A DNA stretch of 64,000 nt, taken from the human T2T-CHM13v2.0 reference genome, Homo sapiens. The first letter of the stretch is position 1, and each line of letters starts with the position of its first letter. Location: NCBI RefSeq assembly GCF_009914755.1, contig NC_060942.1; one strand, written 5' to 3'. Below, piece by piece: positions 50,601 through 63,790 of the stretch. The notes under the pieces are model-generated. The model saw nothing but the letters and a program-made list of their open reading frames with translations, had not been told where the DNA came from and ran no database searches. The position numbers and the translations under genes were made by a program.

Positions 50601-53600
50601 GTGTCCTCAACTAAAGGAGTAGAACCTTTCTTTTCATAGAGAAGTTTTGAAACGCTCTTTTTGTGGAATCTGCAAGTGGATATTTGGCTAGTTTTGAGGA
50701 TTTCGTTGGAAGCGGGAATTCATACAAATTGCAGACTGCAGCGTTCTGAGAAACATCTTTGTGATGTTTGTATTCAGGACACAGAGTTGAACATTCCCTA
50801 TCATAGAGCAGGTTTGAATCACTCCTTTTGTAGTATCTGGAAGTGGACATTTGGAGCGCTTTCAGGCCTATGTTGGAAAAGGAAATATCTTCCCATAACA
50901 ACTAGACAGAAGCATTCTCAGAAACTTATTTGAGATGTGTGTACTCAACTAAGAGAATTGAACCACCGTTTTGAAGGAGCAGTTTTGAAACTCTCTTTTT
51001 CTGGAATCTGCAAGTGGATATTTGGCTAGCTTTGGGGATTTCGCTGGAAGCGGGAATACATATAAAAAGCACACAGCAGCGTTCTGAGAAACTGCTTTCT
51101 GATGTTTGCATTCAAGTCAAAAGTTGAACACTCCCTTTCATAGAGCAGTCTTGAAACACCCCTTTTGTAGTATCTGGAACTGGACTTTTGGAGCGAATTC
51201 AGGGCTAAGGTGAAAAAGGAAATATCTTCCCATAAAAACTGGACAGAAGCATTCTCAGAAACTTGTTTATGCTGTATCTACTCAACTAACAAAGTTGAAC
51301 CTTTCTTTTGATAGAGCAGTTTTGAAATGGTCTTTTTGTGGAATCTGCAAGTGGATATTTGGCTAGTTTTGAGGATTTCGTTGGAAGCGGGAATTCATAT
51401 AAATTGCAGACTGCAGCGTTCTGAGAAACATCTTTGTGATGTTTGTATTCAGGACACAGAGTTGAACATTCCCTATCATAGAGCAGGTTTGAATCACTCC
51501 TTTTGTAGTATCTGGAAGTGGACATTTGGAGCGCTTTCAGGCCTATTTTGGAAAGGGAAATATCTTCCCGTAACAACTATGCAGAAGCATTCTCAGAAAC
51601 TTGTTTGTGATGTGTGCCCTCTACTGACAGAGTTGAACCTTTCTTTTCATAGAGCAGTTTTGAAACACTCTTTTTGTAGAATCTGCAAGAGGATATTTGC
51701 ATAGCTTTGAGGATTTCGTGGGAAACGGGATTGTCTTCAGGTAAAATCTAGACAGAAGCATTCTCAGAAACTTCTTTGGGATGTTTGCATTCAAGTCACA
51801 GAGTAGAACATTCCCTTTGGTAGAGCAGGTTTGAAACACTCTTTTTGTAGTATCTGGAAGTGGACATTTGGAGCGCTTTCAGGCCCATGTTGGAAAGGGA
51901 AATATCTTCCCGTAACAACTAGGCAGAAGCATTCTCAGAAACTTATTTGAGATGTGTGTACTCAACTAAGAGAATTGAACCACCGTTTTGAAGGAGCAGT
52001 TTTGAAACACTCTTTTTCTGGAATCTGCAAGAGTATATTTGCCTAGCCTTGAGGATTTCGTTGGAAACGGGATTGTCTTCAGATCAAATCTAGACAGAAG
52101 CATTCTCAGAAACTTCTTTGGGATGTTTGCATTCAAGTCACAGAGTAGAACATTCCCTTTGGTAGAGCAGGTTTGAAACACTCTTTTTTTAGTATATGGA
52201 AGTGGACATTTGGAGCGCTTTCAGGCCTATGTTGGAAAAGGAAATATCTTCCCATAACAACTAGACAGAAGCATTCTCAGAAACTAGTTTCTGATGTGTG
52301 TCCTCAACTAACACAGTTGAACATTTCTTTAGACAGAACAGTTTTGAAACACTCTTTTTGTGGAATCTGCAAGTGGCTATTTGGCTAGATTTGAGGATTT
52401 CGTTGGAAACGGGATTACATATAAAAAGCAGTCAGCAGCATTCTCAGAAAGTTCTTTGTGATGATTGCATTCAAGTCACAGAATTGAACATTCCCTTTCA
52501 CAGAGCAGGTTTGAAACACTCTTTTTGTAGTGTGTGTAAGTGGACATTTGGAGCGCTTTCCGGCCTAAGGTGAAAAAGGAAATATCTTCCCATAAAAACT
52601 AGACAGAAGCATTCTCAGAAACTTACTCGTGATGTGTGTCCTCAACTAAAGGAGTAGAACCTTTCTTTTCATAGAGAAGTTTTGAAACGCTCTTTTTGTG
52701 GAATCTGCAAGTGGATATTTGGCTAGTTTGGAGGATTTCGTTGGAAGCGGGAATTCATACAAATTGCAGACTGCAGCGTTCTGAGAAACATCTTTGTGAT
52801 GTTTGTATTCAGGACACAGAGTTGAACATTCCCTATCATAGAGCAGGTTTGAATCACTCCTTTTGTAGTATCTGGAAGTGGACATTTGGAGCGCTTTCAG
52901 GCCTATGTTGGAAAAGGAAATATCTTCCCATAACAACTAGACAGAAGCATTCTCAGAAACTTATTTGAGATGTGTGTACTCAACTAAGAGAATTGAACCA
53001 CCGTTTTGAAGGAGCAGTTTTGAAACACTCTTTTTCTGGAATCTGCAAGTGGATATTTGGCTAGCTTTGGGGATTTCGCTGGAAGCGGGAATACATATAA
53101 AAAGCACACAGCAGCGTTCTGAGAAACTGCTTTCTGATGTTTGCATTCAAGTCAAAAGTTGAACACTCCCTTTCATAGAGCAGTCTTGAAACACCCCTTT
53201 TGTAGTATCTGGAACTGGACTTTTGGAGCGATTTCAGGGCTAAGGTGAAAAAGGAAATATCTTCCCATAAAAACTGGACAGAAGCATTCTCAGAAACTTG
53301 GTTATGCTGTATCTACTCAACTAACAAAGTTGAACCTTTCTTTTGATAGAGCAGTTTTGAAATGGTCTTTTTGTGGAATCTGCAAGTGGATATTTGGCTA
53401 GTTTTGAGGATTTCGTTGGAAGCGGGAATTCATACAAATTGCAGACTGCAGCGTTCTGAGAAACATCTTTGTGATGTTTGTATTCAGGACACAGAGTTGA
53501 ACATTCCCTATCATAGAGCAGGTTGGAATCACTCCTTTTGTAGTATCTGGAAGTGGACATTTGGAGCGCTTTCAGGCCTATTTTGGAAAGGGAAATATCT

Positions 53601-56600
53601 TCCCGTAACAACTATGCAGAAGCATTCTCAGAAACTTGTTTGTGATGTGTGCCCTCTACTGACAGAGTTGAACCTTTCTTTTCATAGAGCAGTTTTGAAA
53701 CACTCTTTTTGTAGAATCTGCAAGAGGATATTTGCATAGCTTTGAGGATTTCGTGGGAAACGGGATTGTCTTCAGGTAAAATCTAGACAGAAGCATTCTC
53801 AGAAACTTCTTTGGGATGTTTGCATTCAAGTCACAGAGTAGAACATTCCCTTTGGTAGAGCAGGTTTGAAACACTCTTTTTGTAGTATCTGGAAGTGGAC
53901 ATTTGGAGCGCTTTCAGGCCCATGTTGGAAAGGGAAATATCTTCCCGTAACAACTAGGCAGAAGCATTCTCAGAAACTTATTTGAGATGTGTGTACTCAA
54001 CTAAGAGAATTGAACCACCGTTTTGAAGGAGCAGTTTTGAAACACTCTTTTTCTGGAATCTGCAAGAGTATATTTGCCTAGCCTTGAGGATTTCGTTGGA
54101 AACGGGATTGTCTTCAGAGAAAATCTAGACAGAAGCATTCTCAGAAACTTCTTTGGGATGTTTGCATTCAAGTCACAGAGTAGAACATTCCCTTTGGTAG
54201 AGCAGGTTTGAAACACTCTTTTTTTAGTATCTGGAAGTGGACATTTGGAGCGCTTTCAGGCCTACGTTGGAAAAGGAAATATCTTCCCATAACAACTAGA
54301 CAGAAGCATTCTCAGAAACTAGTTTCTGATGTGTGTCCTCAACTAACACAGTTGAACATTTCTTTAGACAGAACAGTTTTGAAACACTCTTTTTGTGGAA
54401 TCTGCAAGTGGCTATTTGGCTAGATTTGAGGATTTCGTTGGAAACGGGATTACATATAAAAAGCAGTCAGCAGCATTCTCAGAAAGTTCTTTGTGATGAT
54501 TGCATTCAAGTCACAGAATTGAACATTCCCTTTCACAGAGCAGGTTTGAAACACTCTTTTTGTAGTGTGTGTAAGTGGACATTTGGAGCACTTACCGGCC
54601 TAAGGTGAAAAAGGAAATATCTTCCCATAAAAACTAGACAGAAGCATTCTCAGAAACTTACTCGTGATGTGTGTCCTCAACTAAAGGAGTAGAACCTTTC
54701 TTTTCATAGAGAAGTTTTGAAACGCTCTTTTTGTGGAATCTGCAAGTGGATATTTGGCTAGTTTTGAGGATTTCGTTGGAAGCGGGAATTCATACAAATT
54801 GCAGACTGCAGCGTTCTGAGAAACATCTTTGTGATGTTTGTATTCAGGACACAGAGTTGAACATTCCCTATCATAGAGCAGGTTGGAATCACTCCTTTTG
54901 TAGTATCTGGAAGTGGACATTTGGAGCGCTTTCAGGCCTATGTTGGAAAAGGAAATATCTTCCCATAACAACTAGACAGAAGCATTCTCAGAAACTTATT
55001 TGAGATGTGTGTACTCAACTAAGAGAATTGAACCACCGTTTTGAAGGAGCAGTTTTGAAACACTCTTTTTCTGGAATCTGCAAGTGGATATTTGGCTAGC
55101 TTTGGGGATTTCGCTGGAAGCGGGAATACATATAAAAAGCACACAGCAGCGTTCTGAGAAACTGCTTTCTGATGTTTGCATTCAAGTCAAAAGTTGAACA
55201 CTCCCTTTCATAGAGCAGTCTTGAAACACCCCTTTTGTAGTATCTGGAACTGGACTTTTGGAGCGATTTCAGGGCTAAGGTGAAAAAGGAAATATCTTCC
55301 CATAAAAACTGGACAGAAGCATTCTCAGAAACTTGGTTATGCTGTATCTACTCAACTAACAAAGTTGAACCTTTCTTTTGATAGAGCAGTTTTGAAATGG
55401 TCTTTTTGTGGAATCTGCAAGTGGATATTTGGCTAGTTTTGAGGATTTCGTTGGAAGCGGGAATTCATACAAATTGCAGACTGCAGCGTTCTGAGAAACA
55501 TCTTTGTGATGTTTGTATTCAGGACACAGAGTTGAACATTCCCTATCATAGAGCAGGTTGGAATCACTCCTTTTGTAGTATCTGGAAGTGGACATTTGGA
55601 GCGCTTTCAGGCCTATTTTGGAAAGGGAAATATCTTCCCGTAACAACTATGCAGAAGCATTCTCAGAAACTTGTTTGTGATGTGTGCCCTCTACTGACAG
55701 AGTTGAACCTTTCTTTTCATAGAGCAGTTTTGAAACACTCTTTTTGTAGAATCTGCAAGAGGATATTTGCATAGCTTTGAGGATTTCGTGGGAAACGGGA
55801 TTGTCTTCAGGTAAAATCTAGACAGAAGCATTCTCAGAAACTTCTTTGGGATGTTTGCATTCAAGTCACAGAGTAGAACATTCCCTTTGGTAGAGCAGGT
55901 TTGAAACACTCTTTTTGTAGTATCTGGAAGTGGACATTTGGAGCGCTTTCAGGCCCATGTTGGAAAGGGAAATATCTTCCCGTAACAACTAGGCAGAAGC
56001 ATTCTCAGAAACTTATTTGAGATGTGTGTACTCAACTAAGAGAATTGAACCACCGTTTTGAAGGAGCAGTTTTGAAACACTCTTTTTCTGGAATCTGCAA
56101 GAGTATATTTGCCTAGCCTTGAGGATTTCGTTGGAAACGGGATTGTCTTCAGAGAAAATCTAGACAGAAGCATTCTCAGAAACTTCTTTGGGATGTTTGC
56201 ATTCAAGTCACAGAGTAGAACATTCCCTTTGGTAGAGCAGGTTTGAAACACTCTTTTTTTAGTATATGGAAGTGGACATTTTGATCGCTTTCAGGCCTAC
56301 GTTGGAAAAGGAAATATCTTCCCATAACAACTAGACAGAAGCATTCTCAGAAACTAGTTTCTGATGTGTGTCCTCAACTAACACAGTTGAACATTTCTTT
56401 AGACAGAACAGTTTTGAAACACTCTTTTTGTGGAATCTGCAAGTGGCTATTTGGCTAGATTTGAGGATTTCGTTAGAAACGGGATTACATATAAAAAGCA
56501 GTCAGCAGCATTCTCAGAAAGTTCTTTGTGATGATTGCATTCAAGTCACAGAATTGAACATTCCCTTTCACAGAGCAGGTTTGAAACACTCTTTTTGTAG

Positions 56601-59600
56601 TGTGTGTAAGTGGACATTTGGAGCACTTACCGGCCTAAGGTGAAAAAGGAAATATCTTCCCATAAAAACTAGACAGAAGCATTCTCAGAAACTTACTCGT
56701 GATGTGTGTCCTCAACTAAAGGAGTAGAACCTTTCTTTTCATAGAGAAGTTTTGAAACGCTCTTTTTGTGGAATCTGCAAGTGGATATTTGGCTAGTTTT
56801 GAGGATTTCGTTGGAAGCGGGAATTCATACAAATTGCAGACTGCAGCGTTCTGAGAAACATCTTTGTGATGTTTGTATTCAGGACACAGAGTTGAACATT
56901 CCCTATCATAGAGCAGGTTTGAATCACTCCTTTTGTAGTATCTGGAAGTGGACATTTGGAGCGCTTTCAGGCCTATGTTGGAAAAGGAAATATCTTCCCA
57001 TAACAACTAGACAGAAGCATTCTCAGAAACTTATTTGAGATGTGTGTACTCAACTAAGAGAATTGAACCACCGTTTTGAAGGAGCAGTTTTGAAACTCTC
57101 TTTTTCTGGAATCTGCAAGTGGATATTTGGCTAGCTTTGGGGATTTCGCTGGAAGCGGGAATACATATAAAAAGCACACAGCAGCGTTCTGAGAAACTGC
57201 TTTCTGATGTTTGCATTCAAGTCAAAAGTTGAACACTCCCTTTCATAGAGCAGTCTTGAAACACCCCTTTTGTAGTATCTGGAACTGGACTTTTGGAGCG
57301 AATTCAGGGCTAAGGTGAAAAAGGAAATATCTTCCCATAAAAACTGGACAGAAGCATTCTCAGAAACTTGTTTATGCTGTATCTACTCAACTAACAAAGT
57401 TGAACCTTTCTTTTGATAGAGCAGTTTTGAAATGGTCTTTTTGTGGAATCTGCAAGTGGATATTTGGCTAGTTTTGAGGATTTCGTTGGAAGCGGGAATT
57501 CATATAAATTGCAGACTGCAGCGTTCTGAGAAACATCTTTGTGATGTTTGTATTCAGGACACAGAGTTGAACATTCCCTATCATAGAGCAGGTTTGAATC
57601 ACTCCTTTTGTAGTATCTGGAAGTGGACATTTGGAGCGCTTTCAGGCCTATTTTGGAAAGGGAAATATCTTCCCGTAACAACTATGCAGAAGCATTCTCA
57701 GAAACTTGTTTGTGATGTGTGCCCTCTACTGACAGAGTTGAACCTTTCTTTTCATAGAGCAGTTTTGAAACACTCTTTTTGTAGAATCTGCAAGAGGATA
57801 TTTGCATAGCTTTGAGGATTTCGTGGGAAACGGGATTGTCTTCAGGTAAAATCTAGACAGAAGCATTCTCAGAAACTTCTTTGGGATGTTTGCATTCAAG
57901 TCACAGAGTAGAACATTCCCTTTGGTAGAGCAGGTTTGAAACACTCTTTTTGTAGTATCTGGAAGTGGACATTTGGAGCGCTTTCAGGCCCATGTTGGAA
58001 AGGGAAATATCTTCCCGTAACAACTAGGCAGAAGCATTCTCAGAAACTTATTTGAGATGTGTGTACTCAACTAAGAGAATTGAACCACCGTTTTGAAGGA
58101 GCAGTTTTGAAACACTCTTTTTCTGGAATCTGCAAGAGTATATTTGCCTAGCCTTGAGGATTTCGTTGGAAACGGGATTGTCTTCAGATCAAATCTAGAC
58201 AGAAGCATTCTCAGAAACTTCTTTGGGATGTTTGCATTCAAGTCACAGAGTAGAACATTCCCTTTGGTAGAGCAGGTTTGAAACACTCTTTTTTTAGTAT
58301 ATGGAAGTGGACATTTGGAGCGCTTTCAGGCCTATGTTGGAAAAGGAAATATCTTCCCATAACAACTAGACAGAAGCATTCTCAGAAACTAGTTTCTGAT
58401 GTGTGTCCTCAACTAACACAGTTGAACATTTCTTTAGACAGAACAGTTTTGAAACACTCTTTTTGTGGAATCTGCAAGTGGCTATTTGGCTAGATTTGAG
58501 GATTTCGTTGGAAACGGGATTACATATAAAAAGCAGTCAGCAGCATTCTCAGAAAGTTCTTTGTGATGATTGCATTCAAGTCACAGAATTGAACATTCCC
58601 TTTCACAGAGCAGGTTTGAAACACTCTTTTTGTAGTGTGTGTAAGTGGACATTTGGAGCGCTTTCCGGCCTAAGGTGAAAAAGGAAATATCTTCCCATAA
58701 AAACTAGACAGAAGCATTCTCAGAAACTTACTCGTGATGTGTGTCCTCAACTAAAGGAGTAGAACCTTTCTTTTCATAGAGAAGTTTTGAAACGCTCTTT
58801 TTGTGGAATCTGCAAGTGGATATTTGGCTAGTTTGGAGGATTTCGTTGGAAGCGGGAATTCATACAAATTGCAGACTGCAGCGTTCTGAGAAACATCTTT
58901 GTGATGTTTGTATTCAGGACACAGAGTTGAACATTCCCTATCATAGAGCAGGTTGGAATCACTCCTTTTGTAGTATCTGGAAGTGGACATTTGGAGCGCT
59001 TTCAGGCCTATGTTGGAAAAGGAAATATCTTCCCATAACAACTAGACAGAAGCATTCTCAGAAACTTATTTGAGATGTGTGTACTCAACTAAGAGAATTG
59101 AACCACCGTTTTGAAGGAGCAGTTTTGAAACACTCTTTTTCTGGAATCTGCAAGTGGATATTTGGCTAGCTTTGGGGATTTCGCTGGAAGCGGGAATACA
59201 TATAAAAAGCACACAGCAGCGTTCTGAGAAACTGCTTTCTGATGTTTGCATTCAAGTCAAAAGTTGAACACTCCCTTTCATAGAGCAGTCTTGAAACACC
59301 CCTTTTGTAGTATCTGGAACTGGACTTTTGGAGCGATTTCAGGGCTAAGGTGAAAAAGGAAATATCTTCCCATAAAAACTGGACAGAAGCATTCTCAGAA
59401 ACTTGGTTATGCTGTATCTACTCAACTAACAAAGTTGAACCTTTCTTTTGATAGAGCAGTTTTGAAATGGTCTTTTTGTGGAATCTGCAAGTGGATATTT
59501 GGCTAGTTTTGAGGATTTCGTTGGAAGCGGGAATTCATACAAATTGCAGACTGCAGCGTTCTGAGAAACATCTTTGTGATGTTTGTATTCAGGACACAGA

Positions 59601-62099
59601 GTTGAACATTCCCTATCATAGAGCAGGTTGGAATCACTCCTTTTGTAGTATCTGGAAGTGGACATTTGGAGCGCTTTCAGGCCTATTTTGGAAAGGGAAA
59701 TATCTTCCCGTAACAACTATGCAGAAGCATTCTCAGAAACTTGTTTGTGATGTGTGCCCTCTACTGACAGAGTTGAACCTTTCTTTTCATAGAGCAGTTT
59801 TGAAACACTCTTTTTGTAGAATCTGCAAGAGGATATTTGCATAGCTTTGAGGATTTCGTGGGAAACGGGATTGTCTTCAGGTAAAATCTAGACAGAAGCA
59901 TTCTCAGAAACTTCTTTGGGATGTTTGCATTCAAGTCACAGAGTAGAACATTCCCTTTGGTAGAGCAGGTTTGAAACACTCTTTTTGTAGTATCTGGAAG
60001 TGGACATTTGGAGCGCTTTCAGGCCCATGTTGGAAAGGGAAATATCTTCCCGTAACAACTAGGCAGAAGCATTCTCAGAAACTTATTTGAGATGTGTGTA
60101 CTCAACTAAGAGAATTGAACCACCGTTTTGAAGGAGCAGTTTTGAAACACTCTTTTTCTGGAATCTGCAAGAGTATATTTGCCTAGCCTTGAGGATTTCG
60201 TTGGAAACGGGATTGTCTTCAGAGAAAATCTAGACAGAAGCATTCTCAGAAACTTCTTTGGGATGTTTGCATTCAAGTCACAGAGTAGAACATTCCCTTT
60301 GGTAGAGCAGGTTTGAAACACTCTTTTTTTAGTATCTGGAAGTGGACATTTGGAGCGCTTTCAGGCCTACGTTGGAAAAGGAAATATCTTCCCATAACAA
60401 CTAGACAGAAGCATTCTCAGAAACTAGTTTCTGATGTGTGTCCTCAACTAACACAGTTGAACATTTCTTTAGACAGAACAGTTTTGAAACACTCTTTTTG
60501 TGGAATCTGCAAGTGGCTATTTGGCTAGATTTGAGGATTTCGTTGGAAACGGGATTACATATAAAAAGCAGTCAGCAGCATTCTCAGAAAGTTCTTTGTG
60601 ATGATTGCATTCAAGTCACAGAATTGAACATTCCCTTTCACAGAGCAGGTTTGAAACACTCTTTTTGTAGTGTGTGTAAGTGGACATTTGGAGCACTTAC
60701 CGGCCTAAGGTGAAAAAGGAAATATCTTCCCATAAAAACTAGACAGAAGCATTCTCAGAAACTTACTCGTGATGTGTGTCCTCAACTAAAGGAGTAGAAC
60801 CTTTCTTTTCATAGAGAAGTTTTGAAACGCTCTTTTTGTGGAATCTGCAAGTGGATATTTGGCTAGTTTTGAGGATTTCGTTGGAAGCGGGAATTCATAC
60901 AAATTGCAGACTGCAGCGTTCTGAGAAACATCTTTGTGATGTTTGTATTCAGGACACAGAGTTGAACATTCCCTATCATAGAGCAGGTTGGAATCACTCC
61001 TTTTGTAGTATCTGGAAGTGGACATTTGGAGCGCTTTCAGGCCTATGTTGGAAAAGGAAATATCTTCCCATAACAACTAGACAGAAGCATTCTCAGAAAC
61101 TTATTTGAGATGTGTGTACTCAACTAAGAGAATTGAACCACCGTTTTGAAGGAGCAGTTTTGAAACACTCTTTTTCTGGAATCTGCAAGTGGATATTTGG
61201 CTAGCTTTGGGGATTTCGCTGGAAGCGGGAATACATATAAAAAGCACACAGCAGCGTTCTGAGAAACTGCTTTCTGATGTTTGCATTCAAGTCAAAAGTT
61301 GAACACTCCCTTTCATAGAGCAGTCTTGAAACACCCCTTTTGTAGTATCTGGAACTGGACTTTTGGAGCGATTTCAGGGCTAAGGTGAAAAAGGAAATAT
61401 CTTCCCATAAAAACTGGACAGAAGCATTCTCAGAAACTTGGTTATGCTGTATCTACTCAACTAACAAAGTTGAACCTTTCTTTTGATAGAGCAGTTTTGA
61501 AATGGTCTTTTTGTGGAATCTGCAAGTGGATATTTGGCTAGTTTTGAGGATTTCGTTGGAAGCGGGAATTCATACAAATTGCAGACTGCAGCGTTCTGAG
61601 AAACATCTTTGTGATGTTTGTATTCAGGACACAGAGTTGAACATTCCCTATCATAGAGCAGGTTGGAATCACTCCTTTTGTAGTATCTGGAAGTGGACAT
61701 TTGGAGCGCTTTCAGGCCTATTTTGGAAAGGGAAATATCTTCCCGTAACAACTATGCAGAAGCATTCTCAGAAACTTGTTTGTGATGTGTGCCCTCTACT
61801 GACAGAGTTGAACCTTTCTTTTCATAGAGCAGTTTTGAAACACTCTTTTTGTAGAATCTGCAAGAGGATATTTGCATAGCTTTGAGGATTTCGTGGGAAA
61901 CGGGATTGTCTTCAGGTAAAATCTAGACAGAAGCATTCTCAGAAACTTCTTTGGGATGTTTGCATTCAAGTCACAGAGTAGAACATTCCCTTTGGTAGAG
62001 CAGGTTTGAAACACTCTTTTTGTAGTATCTGGAAGTGGACATTTGGAGCGCTTTCAGGCCCATGTTGGAAAGGGAAATATCTTCCCGTAACAACTAGGC
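35645..62099 (+). repeat. Thirteen canonical 12-mer HORs (U17-U29)
   Basis: Starts at 35645, 37680, 39715, 41750, 43785, 45820, 47855, 49890, 51925, 53960, 55995, 58030 and 60065; exact 2035-bp period with no indels. Confidence 0.96.
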
Positions 62100-63790
62100 A
62101 GAAGCATTCTCAGAAACTTATTTGAGATGTGTGTACTCAACTAAGAGAATTGAACCACCGTTTTGAAGGAGCAGTTTTGAAACTCTCTTTTTCTGGAATC
62201 TGCAAGTGGATATTTGGCTAGCTTTGGGGATTTCGCTGGAAGCGGGAATACATATAAAAAGCACACAGCAGCGTTCTGAGAAACTGCTTTCTGATGTTTG
62301 CATTCAAGTCAAAAGTTGAACACTCCCTTTCATAGAGCAGTCTTGAAACACCCCTTTTGTAGTATCTGGAACTGTTCTTTTGGAGCGATTTCAGGGCTAA
62401 GGTGAAAAAGGAAATATCTTCCCATAAAAACTGGACAGAAGCATTCTCAGAAACTTGGTTATGCTGTATCTACTCAACTAACAAAGTTGAACCTTTCTTT
62501 TGATAGAGCAGTTTTGAAATGGTCTTTTTGTGGAATCTGCAAGTGGATATTTGGCTAGTTTTGAGGATTTCTTTGGAAGCGGGAATTCATACAAATTGCA
62601 GACTGCAGCGTTCTGAGAAACATCTTTGTGATGTTTGTATTCAGGACACAGAGTTGAACATTCCCTATCATAGAGCAGGTTTGAATCACTCCTTTTGTAG
62701 TATCTGGAAGTGGACATTTGGAGTGCTTTCAGGCCTATGTTGGAAAAGGAAATATCTTCCCATAACAACTAGACAGAAGCATTCTCAGAAACTTATTTGA
62801 GATGTGTGTACTCAACTAAGAGAATTGAACCACCGTTTTGAAGGAGCAGTTTTGAAACACTCTTTTTCTGGAATCTGCAAGTGGATATTTGGCTAGCTTT
62901 GGGGATTTCGCTGGAAGCGGGAATACATATAAAAAGCACACAGCAGCGTTCTGAGAAACTGCTTTCTGATGTTTGCATTCAAGTCAAAAGTTGAACACTC
63001 CCTTTCATAGAGCAGTCTTGAAACACTCCTTTTGTAGTATCTGGAACTGGACTTTTGGAGCGATTTCAGGGCTAAGGTGAAAAAGGAAATATCTTCCCAT
63101 AAAAACTGGACAGAAGCATTCTCAGAAACTTGTTTATGCTGTATCTACTCAGCTAACAAAGTTGAACTTTCTTTTGATAGAGCAGTTTTGAAATGGTCTT
63201 TTTGTGGAATCTGCAAGTGGATATTTGGCTAGTTTTGAGGATTTCGTTGGAAGCGGGAATTCATACAAATTGCAGACTGCAGCGTTCTGAGAAACATCTT
63301 TGTGATGTTTGTATTCAGGACACAGAGTTGAACATTCCCTATCATAGAGCAGGTTGGAATCACTCCTTTTGTAGTATCTGGAAGTGGACATTTGGAGCGC
63401 TTTCAGGCCTATTTTGGAAAGGGAAATATCTTCCCGTAACAACTATGCAGAAGCATTCTCAGAAACTTGTTTGTGATGTGTGCCCTCTACTGACAGAGTT
63501 GAACCTTTCTTTTCATAGAGCAGTTTTGAAACACTCTTTTTGTAGAATCTGCAAGAGGATATTTGCATAGCTTTGAGGATTTCGTGGGAAACGGGATTGT
63601 CTTCAGGTAAAATCTAGACAGAAGCATTCTTAGAAACTTCTTTGGGATGTTTGCATTCAAGTCACAGAGTAGAACATTCCCTTTGGTAGAGCAGGTTTGA
63701 AACACTCTTTTTGTAGTATGTGGAAGTGGACATTTGGAGCGCTTTCAGGCCCATGTTGGAAAGGGAAATATCTTCCCGTAACAACTAGGC
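62100..63790 (+). repeat. 10-mer variant HOR (U30, 1691 bp)
   Basis: Same M12-to-M7 junction and private variants as U11; followed by a partial unit starting at 63791. Confidence 0.93.

Noticed and set aside
102-63705. Hundreds of 61-125 aa ORFs on both strands
   Set aside because: They recur with the satellite period, overlap in conflicting frames, often begin at non-ATG codons, and are gained or lost through single SNVs or indels. They are chance translations of alpha satellite with no recognisable domain.
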